A stretch of DNA of 64,000 nt from Candidatus Fraserbacteria bacterium (GCA_947085185.1 CAMTVK010000001.1:1-64000); one strand, 5' to 3'. Counted from the first letter of the stretch, positions 1 to 9,543 are shown. The notes: generated from the sequence alone by a model not told the origin. Program-made: numbers and translations.

Positions 1-320
1 AATTTGGGCTTCTCCCGCAGCTTCCTCAAGAGCTTCTCCGCCTTCTGCGGACTGAGCACCCTCACGACGCGCTCTTGCCCATCAGCGCTGACGTTGAGGG
101 TCTTGTTCCCTTGACGGATCAAGCCCAGCGCAGCTGTCTGGCCATTGGCCCTCGTCCACACCAGATGGGCTCCATCCCCAAAGGGGATCAACACGCGCTG
201 CTCACCAGCTAACTGAACAGCTTGGGCTTCATGGGTGGGGATGGGCGCCTTTAATCGAGGGAAAAAGTCAAGAGCCCACAGAAAAATATCGTATAGATCG
301 ATGTTTAGGTTTATAGGCAA
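1..320 (-). CDS. Partial hypothetical protein running off the left edge
   Basis: Open frame read manually (…PIPTHEAQAVQLAGEQRVLIPFGDGAHLVWTR…KLREKPK). Only a TTG near 320 is available as a start. No family recognised. Confidence 0.35.
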   Translation of the reverse strand, partial: MPINLNIDLYDIFLWALDFFPRLKAPIPTHEAQAVQLAGEQRVLIPFGDGAHLVWTRANGQTAALGLIRQGNKTLNVSADGQERVVRVLSPQKAEKLLRKLREKPK

Positions 321-416
321 TAACTGTTAGTTGATACCGAGCCAAGCCAAGATCAAGAGTTTGAGCTCGCGGCAGAGCAGATCCGAGCATCAACCCTAGC
401 GCTTCAAGCGCCTACA

Positions 417-447
417 TTGGACTCCCCCTAAGTAAATCTGCTATGAT
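417..447 (+). promoter_or_regulatory. Extended -10 promoter (TGcTATGAT) for a probably leaderless coaD
   Basis: TATGAT at 442-447 is preceded by TG. ATG lies 6 nt downstream with no SD. Confidence 0.55.
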
Positions 448-453
448 AAAACC

Positions 454-945
454 ATGACCAAAGCACTCTACCCCGGGAGCTTCGACCCCATCACCTACGG
501 CCATATCGATATTATCAAACGCGCTAGAAAGATCTTCGATGAGCTGATCGTCGCGGTGATGAGAAACCCCAGCAAGCCCATGCTCTTCTCGCTCGAAGAG
601 CGCTATCGGCTTGTCAGAGAAGCCCTGCGTGAAGTCGATCTTGACGACAAGATCACGGTCATCGCTCATGATGGGTTGTTAGTAGACTTAGCGCGACAGC
701 TAGGCGTCCAAGCCGTAGTGCGAGGGCTGCGCGCCAGCACCGACTTTGAATATGAGTTTCAGTTAGCTCTCACCAATCGGGACTTAGACCCAGAATTCGA
801 GAGCGTCTATCTCATGACCAGCCGAGATTTTTCGTTTATCAGCTCGAGCATCGTCCGACAAGTCAAAAGCTACGGCGGGGATGTCTCGCGCTTCGTCCCC
901 AAGTGCGTCGAGCGCGCGCTGATAGAGAAGCTGCTCCAGCAATGA
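454..945 (+). CDS. coaD: Phosphopantetheine adenylyltransferase
   Basis: YPGSFDPITYGH, RGLR…DFEYE and FISSSIVR motifs. Confidence 0.97.
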   Translation: MTKALYPGSFDPITYGHIDIIKRARKIFDELIVAVMRNPSKPMLFSLEERYRLVREALREVDLDDKITVIAHDGLLVDLARQLGVQAVVRGLRASTDFEYEFQLALTNRDLDPEFESVYLMTSRDFSFISSSIVRQVKSYGGDVSRFVPKCVERALIEKLLQQ

Positions 946-946
946 T

Positions 947-2041
947 CTACGCGACGACAAAGTGGATCACGTCGCCGTCTTGGACTTCGTATTTGTCGCC
1001 GTGGCGAAGGAGATGGCCCAGCTCGCGCAGGCGCGCCAAAGACTTCTCTCTGACAAGCTCATCCCATCGGGCGACTTCGCACTGCACGAAGCGTTCGGCA
1101 AAGTCTGTATGGATCTTGGCGCCCGCTTGTGGGGCATGCGTCCCCTTAGGCACTGTCCAGGCGCGCACCTCTGGGCCGTCGGTCGTGTAGAACGTCACTA
1201 AATTTAAGATCTCATAGCCAGCGCGCACGAGCGCGTCCAGCCCAGACTCTTCGATGCCCAGCTCCTTTCTAAAGATCCGGCGTTCTTCGTCGGTATCAGC
1301 AGCCTCGAAGACTTCAGATTCTAAGCGCCCACGAATGACAACAGCTTTCGTGCCGCGCTCGGCCGCGAGCCGCCCGACTTCTCTTGAGTGGGCGTTCTCA
1401 CCCTCGTCGCCGACGTTAGCCACAAAGAGCACGGGTTTGAGCGTGAGAGGGCTCAGGTCTTTCAGAAAAGGACGCTCATTCTCATGGACGGGAATATCAC
1501 GAATACGCTGCCCTTGGGCCAGCCCCTGACGCAGGCGCTCAAAGAACTCATATTCGATTTTGGCAGCCTTGTCGCCGACCCTCACTCGCGCTGCTAAAGA
1601 TTTCACGCGCTTCTCGACGGTCTCCAAGTCTTTTAGGAGGAGCTCGGTCTCGATCACCTCGATGTCGCGCCGAGGGTTGACCGAACCGTCCACGTGAACG
1701 ACTTCAGGGTCTTCAAAACAGCGCACGACATGGACGATCGCGTCCACGTTTTTGATCTCGGCTAAGAATCGATTGCCCAGCCCTTGGCCCTCGCTGGCCC
1801 CTTTGACCAGTCCAGCTATGTCGAGAAAGCGCAGCGTCGTGGGGACTTTCTTCTTATCTGGGAAGAGCCGATGGAGAGCGTCGAGTCTGGGGTCGGGGAC
1901 GGGGACGACGCCGACGTTGGGCTCGATCGTTGTGAACGGGTAGTTATCGACTTTAGCGCCAGCCGCCGTGAGCGCATTGAAGATCGTGCTCTTGCCGACG
2001 TTGGGCAGCCCAACTAGCCCGCAACTGAAGCCCATAGTCAC
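947..2041 (-). CDS. ychF: Redox-regulated ATPase YchF (Obg family)
   Basis: GLVGLPNVGKST, NYPFTTIEPN, DIAGLVKGASEGQGLGNRFL and a C-terminal TGS domain. Confidence 0.97.
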   Translation of the reverse strand: MTMGFSCGLVGLPNVGKSTIFNALTAAGAKVDNYPFTTIEPNVGVVPVPDPRLDALHRLFPDKKKVPTTLRFLDIAGLVKGASEGQGLGNRFLAEIKNVDAIVHVVRCFEDPEVVHVDGSVNPRRDIEVIETELLLKDLETVEKRVKSLAARVRVGDKAAKIEYEFFERLRQGLAQGQRIRDIPVHENERPFLKDLSPLTLKPVLFVANVGDEGENAHSREVGRLAAERGTKAVVIRGRLESEVFEAADTDEERRIFRKELGIEESGLDALVRAGYEILNLVTFYTTDGPEVRAWTVPKGTHAPQAGAKIHTDFAERFVQCEVARWDELVREKSLARLRELGHLLRHGDKYEVQDGDVIHFVVA

Positions 2042-2712
2042 CCCTTGATGCCCTTGAGCTCTTGGATGAATTTCTCGCGCTCCGTGACGAATCGGTCGAT
2101 AGCTCGGCTCGCGACTTTAAGAGGGAGTTCTTCCAGGCGCGTATAATGCGTGCCCATCATGGCGTTGATGTAGTCTAAGAGCTTATTTTCTTTGAGATTG
2201 GCTGTGCGCAGCTCCTTGCGCAGCCGTCCCAGTTGAGCTTCGGTGGCCAGTGGCACGGCTGCCGCCTCTTCAGGCTCGTGTTTTCTGTAGAGACTTAAGC
2301 CGAACTGATCGCCCAGCGCGCGGAAGCAGCGCTTGAGCGCATCGGAGACCGCGCCCTTGAGCGCCGTCTCATACGCACGCGCAGGATCGGTCTGGCTCAC
2401 TCCAGAGCCAAAGCCCACATCTTCATGAATAACGTCTCCGATACGAATGCGACACTCGCACAGATATCCCACACTATATGTGCCCTCGCTCATGTCTTCA
2501 TAGATCTTTTCCAATCTTTTGATCTCGCGCTGCCAGCCGCCATAGCCGAAGATTCTATTAGCTGTCTCGATGACGTCGTAGGTGGGCAGATAGGTCAGCC
2601 CATCTGGGCGGCGCTGGACACGCGCCTCATCGAGGGGTTTTGCGAGCTCCGCAATCTGTTCTGGGGCGAATGGGGACGTTCTCTGTTTTCCCTCTTTGAA
2701 GAGATCGGGCAT
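2038..2712 (-). CDS. Rad52/Rad22-family single-strand annealing protein (Sak/DdrA-like)
   Basis: ANRIFGYGGW, HEDVGFG and KGAVSDALKRCFRALGDQFGLSLY are Rad52-family core motifs. Confidence 0.88.
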   Translation of the reverse strand: MPDLFKEGKQRTSPFAPEQIAELAKPLDEARVQRRPDGLTYLPTYDVIETANRIFGYGGWQREIKRLEKIYEDMSEGTYSVGYLCECRIRIGDVIHEDVGFGSGVSQTDPARAYETALKGAVSDALKRCFRALGDQFGLSLYRKHEPEEAAAVPLATEAQLGRLRKELRTANLKENKLLDYINAMMGTHYTRLEELPLKVASRAIDRFVTEREKFIQELKGIKG

Positions 2713-2775
2713 CGGGCCTCAGCTCCTTTCCGGCCCTTATAGTATGAGGGGTTTTGGGGGAGCGCGCAAGTCCGC

Positions 2776-3657
2776 TCAAACGTGCTGCCTCACCATCACC
2801 GATTGTACGAGTTCAACGACTTGTTTTGGCGTTCGGGCGACGGGGATACCGTGGGCTTCGAGGGCGTGGGTTTTGGCTTTGGCTGTGCCTTCGCTGCCGG
2901 AGATGATCGCGCCGGCGTGGCCCATGCGCTTGCCCGGCGGCGCAGAAAACCCGGCAATGTACGCGACCACGGGCTTGGTCATCTCCTGGGAGATAAATGC
3001 TGCGGCGCGCTCCTCGTCGGTGCCCCCGATCTCGCCCACCAAGACGACGGCTTTCGTCTGGCGATCTTTCTGAAAGAGCTCCAAGATATCAATGAACGAG
3101 CTCCCAACGATGGGGTCGCCGCCGATGCCCACGACCGTAGATTGCCCGATCCCGGCGCGCGAGAGCTGGTCGGCGATCTCATAGGTGAGCGTGCCGCTGC
3201 GGCTGACGATCCCGACTGGGCCGGGACGAAAGACGTGATTGGGGAGAATCCCGACCTTCGACTTTTGCGGAGAGATCACGCCGGGGCAGTTGGGCCCGAT
3301 TAAGCGACTTCCCCTCTGGGAGACGATCTGCACCACCTTGAGCATCTGATGGACTGGAATGTGCTCGGTGATGCAGACGATGAGCGGAATTCCAGCATCA
3401 GCGGCCTCTAAGATTGCGTCTGCGGCAAACGGTGCTGGGACGAAGATCGCGCTTGTGTCTATGTCGTGGTGTTGGGTAGCTTCAGCGACGGTGTTATAGA
3501 TGGGGATGCCTTCGAAGTCGGAGCCTCCTTTGCCTGGTGTCACCCCGGCGACGATCTGGGTGCCGTACTCGCGCATGCGTTTGGTGTGGAAGCTGCCTTC
3601 ACTGCCGGTGATGCCTTGGACCAAGACCTTTGTGCTCTTGTGGATCAAAATGCTCAT
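2776..3657 (-). CDS. sucD: Succinyl-CoA ligase alpha subunit
   Basis: [22 protein letters not shown] and MGHAGAII motifs. Confidence 0.97.
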   Translation of the reverse strand: MSILIHKSTKVLVQGITGSEGSFHTKRMREYGTQIVAGVTPGKGGSDFEGIPIYNTVAEATQHHDIDTSAIFVPAPFAADAILEAADAGIPLIVCITEHIPVHQMLKVVQIVSQRGSRLIGPNCPGVISPQKSKVGILPNHVFRPGPVGIVSRSGTLTYEIADQLSRAGIGQSTVVGIGGDPIVGSSFIDILELFQKDRQTKAVVLVGEIGGTDEERAAAFISQEMTKPVVAYIAGFSAPPGKRMGHAGAIISGSEGTAKAKTHALEAHGIPVARTPKQVVELVQSVMVRQHV

Positions 3658-3763
3658 AGTAGGCGATAAGTATAAAAGATGAGCCCTCGATGCGCAAGCG
3701 CCAGTAAGCGCTCAGCCAGACCAAAGAGTTGCGATCGCATGGGAGCTCTGGTAGCCTAAAAGG

Positions 3764-4312
3764 GTGCTTCATGATCTCTTAGTTATTATCGAGCGTCAGC
3801 TGGGTCGGCCCCCACGCGGCGTAGTGAACGTTGAAGTGCGCTGCCCCTGGGGATATCCCGCAGTCGTGCGCGTCGCCCCACTGTTAGACAAAAAAGAACC
3901 GTTCCCCACACTCTTCTGGCTGACTTGCCCCATCTTGCGCGAGCAGCTCTCGCGCTTGGAAGAACAGGGTGTCATCGCCCAGCTCGAAGAAGAACTCGCC
4001 CATAACGAAGAACTTCAAAGACGCTATAACGAAGATCACCAGAGCTATGCCCAGGAGCGCTGCTCGCTGCTCAGCCAAGAAGACCGAAGATTCTTGCAAG
4101 AACGCGGCTGGCTGGAAGCCCTTACCAAGCGCGGGATCGCGGGGATCGCCGATGTTCGCACTGTCAAATGTCTCCATGCGCACTATGCGCATCACTTGGC
4201 GCGTGGGAGTGTGATCGGGCGCTGGCTCGAAGAGCGCTTTCGCTTTGTGTGGTGCCCTCCAGAAGATATTCGGTGTAGTCTATTGAGCAGTCAGCCGGGC
4301 AAGGGGCGCTGA
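3764..4312 (+). CDS. DUF501 domain protein
   Basis: QLGRPPRG, PFPTLFWLTCP and VKCLHAHYAH motifs. Confidence 0.9.
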   Translation: MLHDLLVIIERQLGRPPRGVVNVEVRCPWGYPAVVRVAPLLDKKEPFPTLFWLTCPILREQLSRLEEQGVIAQLEEELAHNEELQRRYNEDHQSYAQERCSLLSQEDRRFLQERGWLEALTKRGIAGIADVRTVKCLHAHYAHHLARGSVIGRWLEERFRFVWCPPEDIRCSLLSSQPGKGR

Positions 4313-5248
4313 CTGCTTTTCAAGAGCCGTCCAGAGCATCCGTTCGACCAGCTCGTCGAACTCGATGCCCATTGCAGCGGCGGCCTTGGGCAGATCGCTC
4401 GTGTTGGTCATCCCCGGCAGGGTGTTCACTTCTAACACATAGGGCTCGTTGTCGAGAGTGACGCGCAGATCGACGCGCGAAAACCCAAAACACCCGAGCG
4501 TTCTATGGGCTTGAAGAGCGAGCTGTTGGACACGCACGGTCGTCTCTGTGTCCAGCTCAGCGGGGATGATAAAATCGCACTCCCCCGGGGTGTATTTTGC
4601 AATATAATCATAAAACTCGCGATGGGGCCGAAGTTCTATGAGCGGGAGCGCGCGATCCTCCCCGTCTATGCGCAATATCCCCGCAGTGATCTCTTTGCCG
4701 GGGATGAACTTTTCCACGAAGAAATCTCCAAACTCAGAGTGTGTCGCTTGGCAGGCGGGGAGAAGCTCTTCGGGAGTATGCACGATGTGGACGCCCACGC
4801 TGGAGCCCTCCCGCACGGGCTTGACCACGCAGGGGAACCCAATCTGGGCTGTGACTTGATCCTGCCAATCGGGCCAAAGTTCTTCGCTGTATTCGATCCA
4901 TGGAGGAGTGGGCAGCTTATGGCTGACAAAGATGCGCTTGGCGGAGAGCTTATTCATAGCTAACGCGCACGCGAGCACCCCTGATCCGACATAGGGGATC
5001 TCTAAGAACTCTAGGAGGGCTTGGAGGGTGCCATCTTCGCCGATGCCACCGTGCAAACAGACGAAAGCGATATCGGTCTCCGAGAGCGCCGGAATGAGCT
5101 GATCTGTCTTGTCGAGCACGAGGGCATTGGCGCAATAGCCGCGTCGCACCAACGCGGCATAGACGTTCTGGCCCGACCGCAGAGATACTTCTCGCTCTGG
5201 GGAAAGTCCCCCCATGAGCACGCCAATGCGCTTGCGTTTCAAATTCAT
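4280..5248 (-). CDS. ddl: D-alanine--D-alanine ligase
   Basis: GGLSPEREVSLRSG, LHGGIGEDG, GSSVG and LEVNTLPGMT motifs. Start moved to ATG 5248 (MNLKRKRIG). Confidence 0.95.
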   Translation of the reverse strand: MNLKRKRIGVLMGGLSPEREVSLRSGQNVYAALVRRGYCANALVLDKTDQLIPALSETDIAFVCLHGGIGEDGTLQALLEFLEIPYVGSGVLACALAMNKLSAKRIFVSHKLPTPPWIEYSEELWPDWQDQVTAQIGFPCVVKPVREGSSVGVHIVHTPEELLPACQATHSEFGDFFVEKFIPGKEITAGILRIDGEDRALPLIELRPHREFYDYIAKYTPGECDFIIPAELDTETTVRVQQLALQAHRTLGCFGFSRVDLRVTLDNEPYVLEVNTLPGMTNTSDLPKAAAAMGIEFDELVERMLWTALEKQSAPLARLTAQ

Positions 5249-5304
5249 AACAATAAATCTATATCTTTGTTGGAGCGGCGACAAGGGGCCCTGTCTCTCC
5301 CCGA

Positions 5305-5614
5305 AGGTGTCCACTGCCGACACCTGACGAAGATGCGCGAGATGGCCCGGGTGCTCGCCGTCGGCGGCCGCCTGATAGTCTCGGACACCAGCTCATAGAG
5401 AGCGCAGGCTTGCGCGTCCACGACGCCCTATGCCGAACCCACGATCGCTCCTATGACGCATGGATGGATGAACGACCCGATCCGCACAGAAAACCTTAAG
5501 ATCGTGATAGAGGAGCTGGCGCGCGCAGGGGTGCAGGCAGGCTTGAAACTCCGAATAGAGAACGGTCAGCTCCGGCTAACCCATACGATCGCGCTCATCA
5601 AAGCGATAAAATAA
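5305..5614 (+). pseudogene. Remnant of a class I SAM-dependent methyltransferase (C-terminal half, frameshifted)
   Basis: Fragments REMARVLAVGGRLIVSD, LIESAGL and AGLKLRIENGQLRLTHTIALIKAIK* separated by stops/frameshifts. No N-terminus. Confidence 0.6.
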
Positions 5615-6937
5615 TCACTCGTAGCGGAGCGCCTCGATGGGGTTGACTCGCGCGGCCTGCCACGCAGGATACAGCCCACTCGCGATCCCTACGGCTATGC
5701 CCGTGAGCACGGCAATGAGATACCAATCGGGCACAAAGACAAACGGGATCTCTCGCAGCCCCTGCGCCAACGCCACCGTGAGCTTAATAAACCATACCGA
5801 GAGAAACATCCCAAAGAGCACTCCTAAGACCGCTCCAAGTACACAGATGATCGTCGATTCAGTGAGGAAGAGCTTGAGCACTGCGCCGCGCGTCGCCCCT
5901 GTGGCCTTCATCACCCCGATCTCACGTGTGCGCTCCTTCACCGTGATGAGCATGATGTTCACGACACCAATCATCCCCACCAGAAGCGCCACGAGCGCGA
6001 TCGCCCCCAAAAACGCAGTAAACTGCAAGAAATTTTTCTTGATCTCTGTAATAATCTCTTCGAGCGTGTTGATCTCGATTTTCTTCTCCTCGCCCACGAG
6101 CTTCCGAGCGTCGGAAGAATTCTGAAAATACTCTTCGACAGCTTCCTTCACAGCGCTCAGTTGATTGAGATCGGCTACGCTCAAGATGATGCCAGCATAG
6201 ACGGGCACTTCGATGCCGTCTATCGCCTCGGTGAAGCCCTGATAATCGGGGCTGACGTAACAGGCCGTCCCGCTGATAAACTGCGAATCTTTGACAATCC
6301 CCACGATGCGTAGCTCATCTTCGCTCAGCTGGCTGTCGGAGCTCAGAAAGCGCAGCTTGAGAGATTGCCCTAAGAGACGCTGCGCCAGAGGGGGCTTTGT
6401 CCCAGGGCTCTTGCACTCTTCTTGAAGAACTTCGTCGTTTTCTGGGATCTGGCGCTCTTCGGCCAACATGCGTCTACAGATGACTTCAGCGATGCGCGCC
6501 CCAATGACGATCTCCCCCTTGGCTTGGACGCTGCGTCCTGCATCGAGAGGGATGAGATCTTTGCTGGTGGTGATGCGCGTGGACGCATCAAGCAGCCGAC
6601 GATTCTTAAAATACAGGGCATCGCCGCGCACACGCCCGATGACATCCACGCTCTTGACGCCAGAGATTCTCTTGAGCTGTTCGACATCGCGGCTGGAGAA
6701 GACCTGCGCCGTGCCAAAGAGCCCCGCGCTCCCCTCCACGTTCACCGTGATCATATTCGCGCGCAGAAGATCTTTGGTCAGAGTATCAAGCAGAGCATCT
6801 TGCAGCCCCGTGGTCATGGTGACGATCGCTATGACTGAAGCAATGCCAATAGTGACGCTGAGCATTGCCAAGGCGTTGCGCAGCTTGTGCGCTCGGATGT
6901 TCGTCCAGCTCAGCTTCAGAGCTTCACGAAAGCTCAT
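5615..6937 (-). CDS. MacB/FtsX-family ABC transporter permease
   Basis: N-terminal TM helix, periplasmic domain, GVVNIMLITVKERTREIGVMKA and C-terminal PIEALRYE. Confidence 0.93.
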   Translation of the reverse strand: MSFREALKLSWTNIRAHKLRNALAMLSVTIGIASVIAIVTMTTGLQDALLDTLTKDLLRANMITVNVEGSAGLFGTAQVFSSRDVEQLKRISGVKSVDVIGRVRGDALYFKNRRLLDASTRITTSKDLIPLDAGRSVQAKGEIVIGARIAEVICRRMLAEERQIPENDEVLQEECKSPGTKPPLAQRLLGQSLKLRFLSSDSQLSEDELRIVGIVKDSQFISGTACYVSPDYQGFTEAIDGIEVPVYAGIILSVADLNQLSAVKEAVEEYFQNSSDARKLVGEEKKIEINTLEEIITEIKKNFLQFTAFLGAIALVALLVGMIGVVNIMLITVKERTREIGVMKATGATRGAVLKLFLTESTIICVLGAVLGVLFGMFLSVWFIKLTVALAQGLREIPFVFVPDWYLIAVLTGIAVGIASGLYPAWQAARVNPIEALRYE

Positions 6938-7620
6938 AGCTTCTCCTCACCAACGATCTTGCCGTCTAAGAGTCTGAGAATGCGTCGCGCGTGGGCGGCG
7001 ACCGCCGCGTCGTGGGTGACTACGACGAGAGTGCGTCCGCTCTTATGGAGCTCGACAAAGAGCTCGAGAATGGCCTTGCCCGTCTTGGTGTCGAGGTTGC
7101 CCGTGGGCTCATCAGCTAAGAGAATTTTGGGGTCGTTCGCTAACGCACGCGCGATGGCGACGCGCTGGCACTCTCCCCCGGAGAGCTCACTGGGCATATG
7201 ATGGAGCCTCTGCCCTAGCCCGACGCTCTCTAAGAGCATCTGCGCACGAGCTCTCCGTTCCTTGGGAGGGATCTTCTGAGCGAACGTCATAGGGAGCATG
7301 ACGTTCGCTAACGCGTCAATCCTGGGAATGAGATTGAACGTCTGGAAGACAAAGCCGATCTGGGAGCCACGCAGCCGCGCTAATTGTCTATCGCTCAAGT
7401 GAGCGATATCCGTGTTGTCAATGGAGATCGTGCCCGATGTGGGCTTATCTAAACAGCCGATCAAGTTCATGAGGGTGCTCTTGCCCGAACCCGACGGCCC
7501 CATAATCGCGACGAATTCCCCTTCTTCGATGGAGAAGCTCACGTCGTCGAGCGCCACGACCGAGACCTTCCCCATGGGATAGACTTTCGTCACGCGCTGA
7601 GCAGAGACGATAGCCCCCAT
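6934..7620 (-). CDS. ABC transporter ATP-binding protein (LolD/MacB type)
   Basis: GPSGSGKST, LSGGECQRVAIARA and ILLADEPTGNLD. Start at ATG 7620. Confidence 0.95.
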   Translation of the reverse strand: MGAIVSAQRVTKVYPMGKVSVVALDDVSFSIEEGEFVAIMGPSGSGKSTLMNLIGCLDKPTSGTISIDNTDIAHLSDRQLARLRGSQIGFVFQTFNLIPRIDALANVMLPMTFAQKIPPKERRARAQMLLESVGLGQRLHHMPSELSGGECQRVAIARALANDPKILLADEPTGNLDTKTGKAILELFVELHKSGRTLVVVTHDAAVAAHARRILRLLDGKIVGEEKL

Positions 7621-7621
7621 A

Positions 7622-8398
7622 TTACTTGAGCACCTCAAAGCCGTCGGGGAAGAGGTCGTACCGGTAGCCCACGAGTCGGGTCGTCGCCGACTCTCCCGAA
7701 AATCCCCACAGGGTCCCATCGCTGGCAGCGAAGATCTCCAGTTCGCTATCGGCCCGGACGAGCTTCGCTCGGTGAGCGTCGAGGGTTTTGGCCCCGCTCT
7801 TGATCTTCACCGGGCTGAGGCGCTCCACCGTCAGCTCGATCAACGGCTTCTCTATATTGGTGGGATCGAGCGCCAGAAATGTTCTCTTTTGCTCCTTCAT
7901 CTTCAGGGTTATAATCTTCTGAATGACGATCAATTGTCCCGCAGCAATGCCCGTCGTGACAAACTCGTCTTCTAAGATGACTTCCCGAGCTTGGCTTTGC
8001 TCTTTGCCCTCGGCACTCTTGAAATAGAAATTAATCTGAGCCACCTGCCCCTCGACCTTCACCGAGACTTTGAGCTGTCCCCGCGCTGTCTCCGACTGCA
8101 GCGTATACTCCCGAAGCTTCCAGTCTTTGTCCACTATGATCGTCTCGTGAAAGAGCTTGTCGGTCTCAAACTGCGAGATCAGATCTTGGGACTTGGCCAC
8201 AAAGTTCGAGGTGATCTTGAGGCGGCTCCGGTCAAGCTCTTCGATCTTGAAGAGCTCTTCGCCAGCGACTTCGGTCTTGTTCGTCGTCTTGCTGATAGTC
8301 TGATAGAGGAACTTTCCGGAGTCCACGGCTTTCTGAGCAGCCCCTGTCAAGGCCCCAAGAAGCGCGAGCGCGACAGCAACGATGAGCGTCTTTTTCAT
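7622..8398 (-). CDS. Secreted beta-rich hypothetical protein
   Basis: Signal peptide MKKTLIVAVALALLGALTGAAQ and strong SD (AAGGAGG). Confidence 0.75.
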   Translation of the reverse strand: MKKTLIVAVALALLGALTGAAQKAVDSGKFLYQTISKTTNKTEVAGEELFKIEELDRSRLKITSNFVAKSQDLISQFETDKLFHETIIVDKDWKLREYTLQSETARGQLKVSVKVEGQVAQINFYFKSAEGKEQSQAREVILEDEFVTTGIAAGQLIVIQKIITLKMKEQKRTFLALDPTNIEKPLIELTVERLSPVKIKSGAKTLDAHRAKLVRADSELEIFAASDGTLWGFSGESATTRLVGYRYDLFPDGFEVLK

Positions 8399-8438
8399 AG
8401 ATTCCTCCTTAGGAGTTTGGACACGTCCTCTATTATAC

Positions 8439-8846
8439 TCAGAGCACGGGGGCTTTGGACATCAGGGGCACTTCTTTCTTCCAGATCGGCACTGTCTCTT
8501 TCAGGGTGTCTATCGCATAGCGACAGGCAGCAAAAGCTTCAGCACGATGCTCACTTGCTACAGCAATGACGACGCTCGGCTGACCGATCTCCACCCGACC
8601 GACCCGATGGAGCACGGCGATTTGCGTGATCCCCCAGCGTCGCTCGATCTGACGACAGAGCTTTTCGATCTCTGTATAAGCCATCTCGGGATACGCTTCG
8701 TACTCCAAGTGGGAGAGCGGGCGGCCCTGGGAGTCTGTCGGGCGAGCGATACCACAAAACGTCACCAGTCCGCCCAGACCGTCGAGATGGAGCTTTTCCA
8801 GCGCACTCTCTAGAGAGATGGGGCGCTCGGTAATCTCGATGTACAC
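8439..8846 (-). CDS. moaE: Molybdopterin synthase catalytic subunit
   Basis: LEYEAYPEMA, HRVG, HRAEAF and LKETVPIWKKE motifs. Confidence 0.95.
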   Translation of the reverse strand: MYIEITERPISLESALEKLHLDGLGGLVTFCGIARPTDSQGRPLSHLEYEAYPEMAYTEIEKLCRQIERRWGITQIAVLHRVGRVEIGQPSVVIAVASEHRAEAFAACRYAIDTLKETVPIWKKEVPLMSKAPVL

Positions 8847-8848
8847 CC

Positions 8849-9091
8849 TTATCCCCCGCTCAGGGGCGGGAAGAATGCGACCTCGTCCCCGTCGTTGATG
8901 AGAGAGTCTTCGTGAGCGTGCTGACGATTGACGGCAATCGCCCGCGAGAGGCGAAACGGGACGAGCGCTGGGAACTTGTGCTCGAGCTCTCCCCAGAGCT
9001 CCCCTGCGGTCTTTCCGCGGAAATCTACAAAAAATTCGTCCTTGCCAACCGCCTCACGCACAAGACTGAACAGCTTCACCCGCACTCTCAT
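8849..9091 (-). CDS. moaD: Molybdopterin synthase sulfur carrier subunit
   Basis: MRVRVKLF…DGDEVAFFPPLSGG with C-terminal GG, adjacent to moaE. Confidence 0.93.
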   Translation of the reverse strand: MRVRVKLFSLVREAVGKDEFFVDFRGKTAGELWGELEHKFPALVPFRLSRAIAVNRQHAHEDSLINDGDEVAFFPPLSGG

Positions 9092-9245
9092 CGTGCTGAT
9101 ATTATAGTCTCTCCAAAGCTGGGAACGCAAGCGTGCGCACTGCTTGGCTCTATCGGCAAAAAGACGAGAAAAGCGACATTTTTACTGAAGAGAAGGGGTT
9201 TTCCACGCAGAGCCCCCTCCTCAGTGTCAGAAGTCCGAAAACCTT

Positions 9246-9254
9246 TGCTATGAT
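9246..9254 (+). promoter_or_regulatory. Extended -10 element upstream of the putative ncRNA
   Basis: TGcTATGAT ending 7 nt before the G at 9262 that opens the predicted RNA stem. Confidence 0.5.
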
Positions 9255-9261
9255 GAAAGTT

Positions 9262-9456
9262 GCCCGAAGATGCACTCATCACCTCCTTGAGCAGAGGGCT
9301 TGGCCCGAGCATGGTGCATCCGAGAGCGGGCTTGAAAGAGTCCGCCGGCGGTCCAGGGTTTTGCCCGCACCCCCGCGGGATTTTTCCCCAGACCGCTAAG
9401 GAAGCGGTTCGAATCCGTATGGGTCAAGCCCTCTCCTCTCTTCTTGTGCTCAGGGC
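9262..9456 (+). ncRNA. Probable 6S RNA (ssrS-like), about 195 nt
   Basis: 5' GCCCGAAGATGCAC pairs with 3' GTGCTCAGGGC. A 14-bp helix AGAGGGCTTGGCCC/GGGTCAAGCCCTCT is followed by a bubble and a branched tip. Length and motif positions resemble 6S. The region has its own promoter and no credible ORF. Confidence 0.55.
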
Positions 9457-9459
9457 CTA

Positions 9460-9489
9460 TTGACAACCCTACCCCCAGAATGGTAGAAT
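9460..9489 (+). promoter_or_regulatory. Sigma70-type promoter for the hydrolase gene
   Basis: TTGACA (9460-9465), 18-nt spacer, TAGAAT (9484-9489) preceded by TG. Confidence 0.7.
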
Positions 9490-9543
9490 TTTTTCATAGT
9501 AAAGATCAACAGATACTAAAATTGGCAAGGAGGCAGCTTTTTC

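Noticed and set aside
5249..5323. N-terminal extension of ddl in the ORF track
   Set aside because: Non-conserved and overlaps the methyltransferase relic. ATG 5248 fits family length and has a -10 box.
9275..9340. SAM-I riboswitch resemblance (GCAGAGGG..TGGCCCGA…GGTGC)
   Set aside because: Lacks the ATC.AGAG start and the GCAACC/P3 element, and the downstream gene has its own promoter.
9385..9410. SRP RNA domain IV or cobalamin riboswitch resemblance
   Set aside because: No GNRA-capped CAGG…AGCA motif and no B12 box.
9290..9435. tRNA suggested by GGTTCGAATCC and a CTTGAAA loop
   Set aside because: No 7-bp acceptor stem adjoining the T arm, no proper D arm or CCA, and the spacing is far too long. 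Treated as part of the larger ncRNA.
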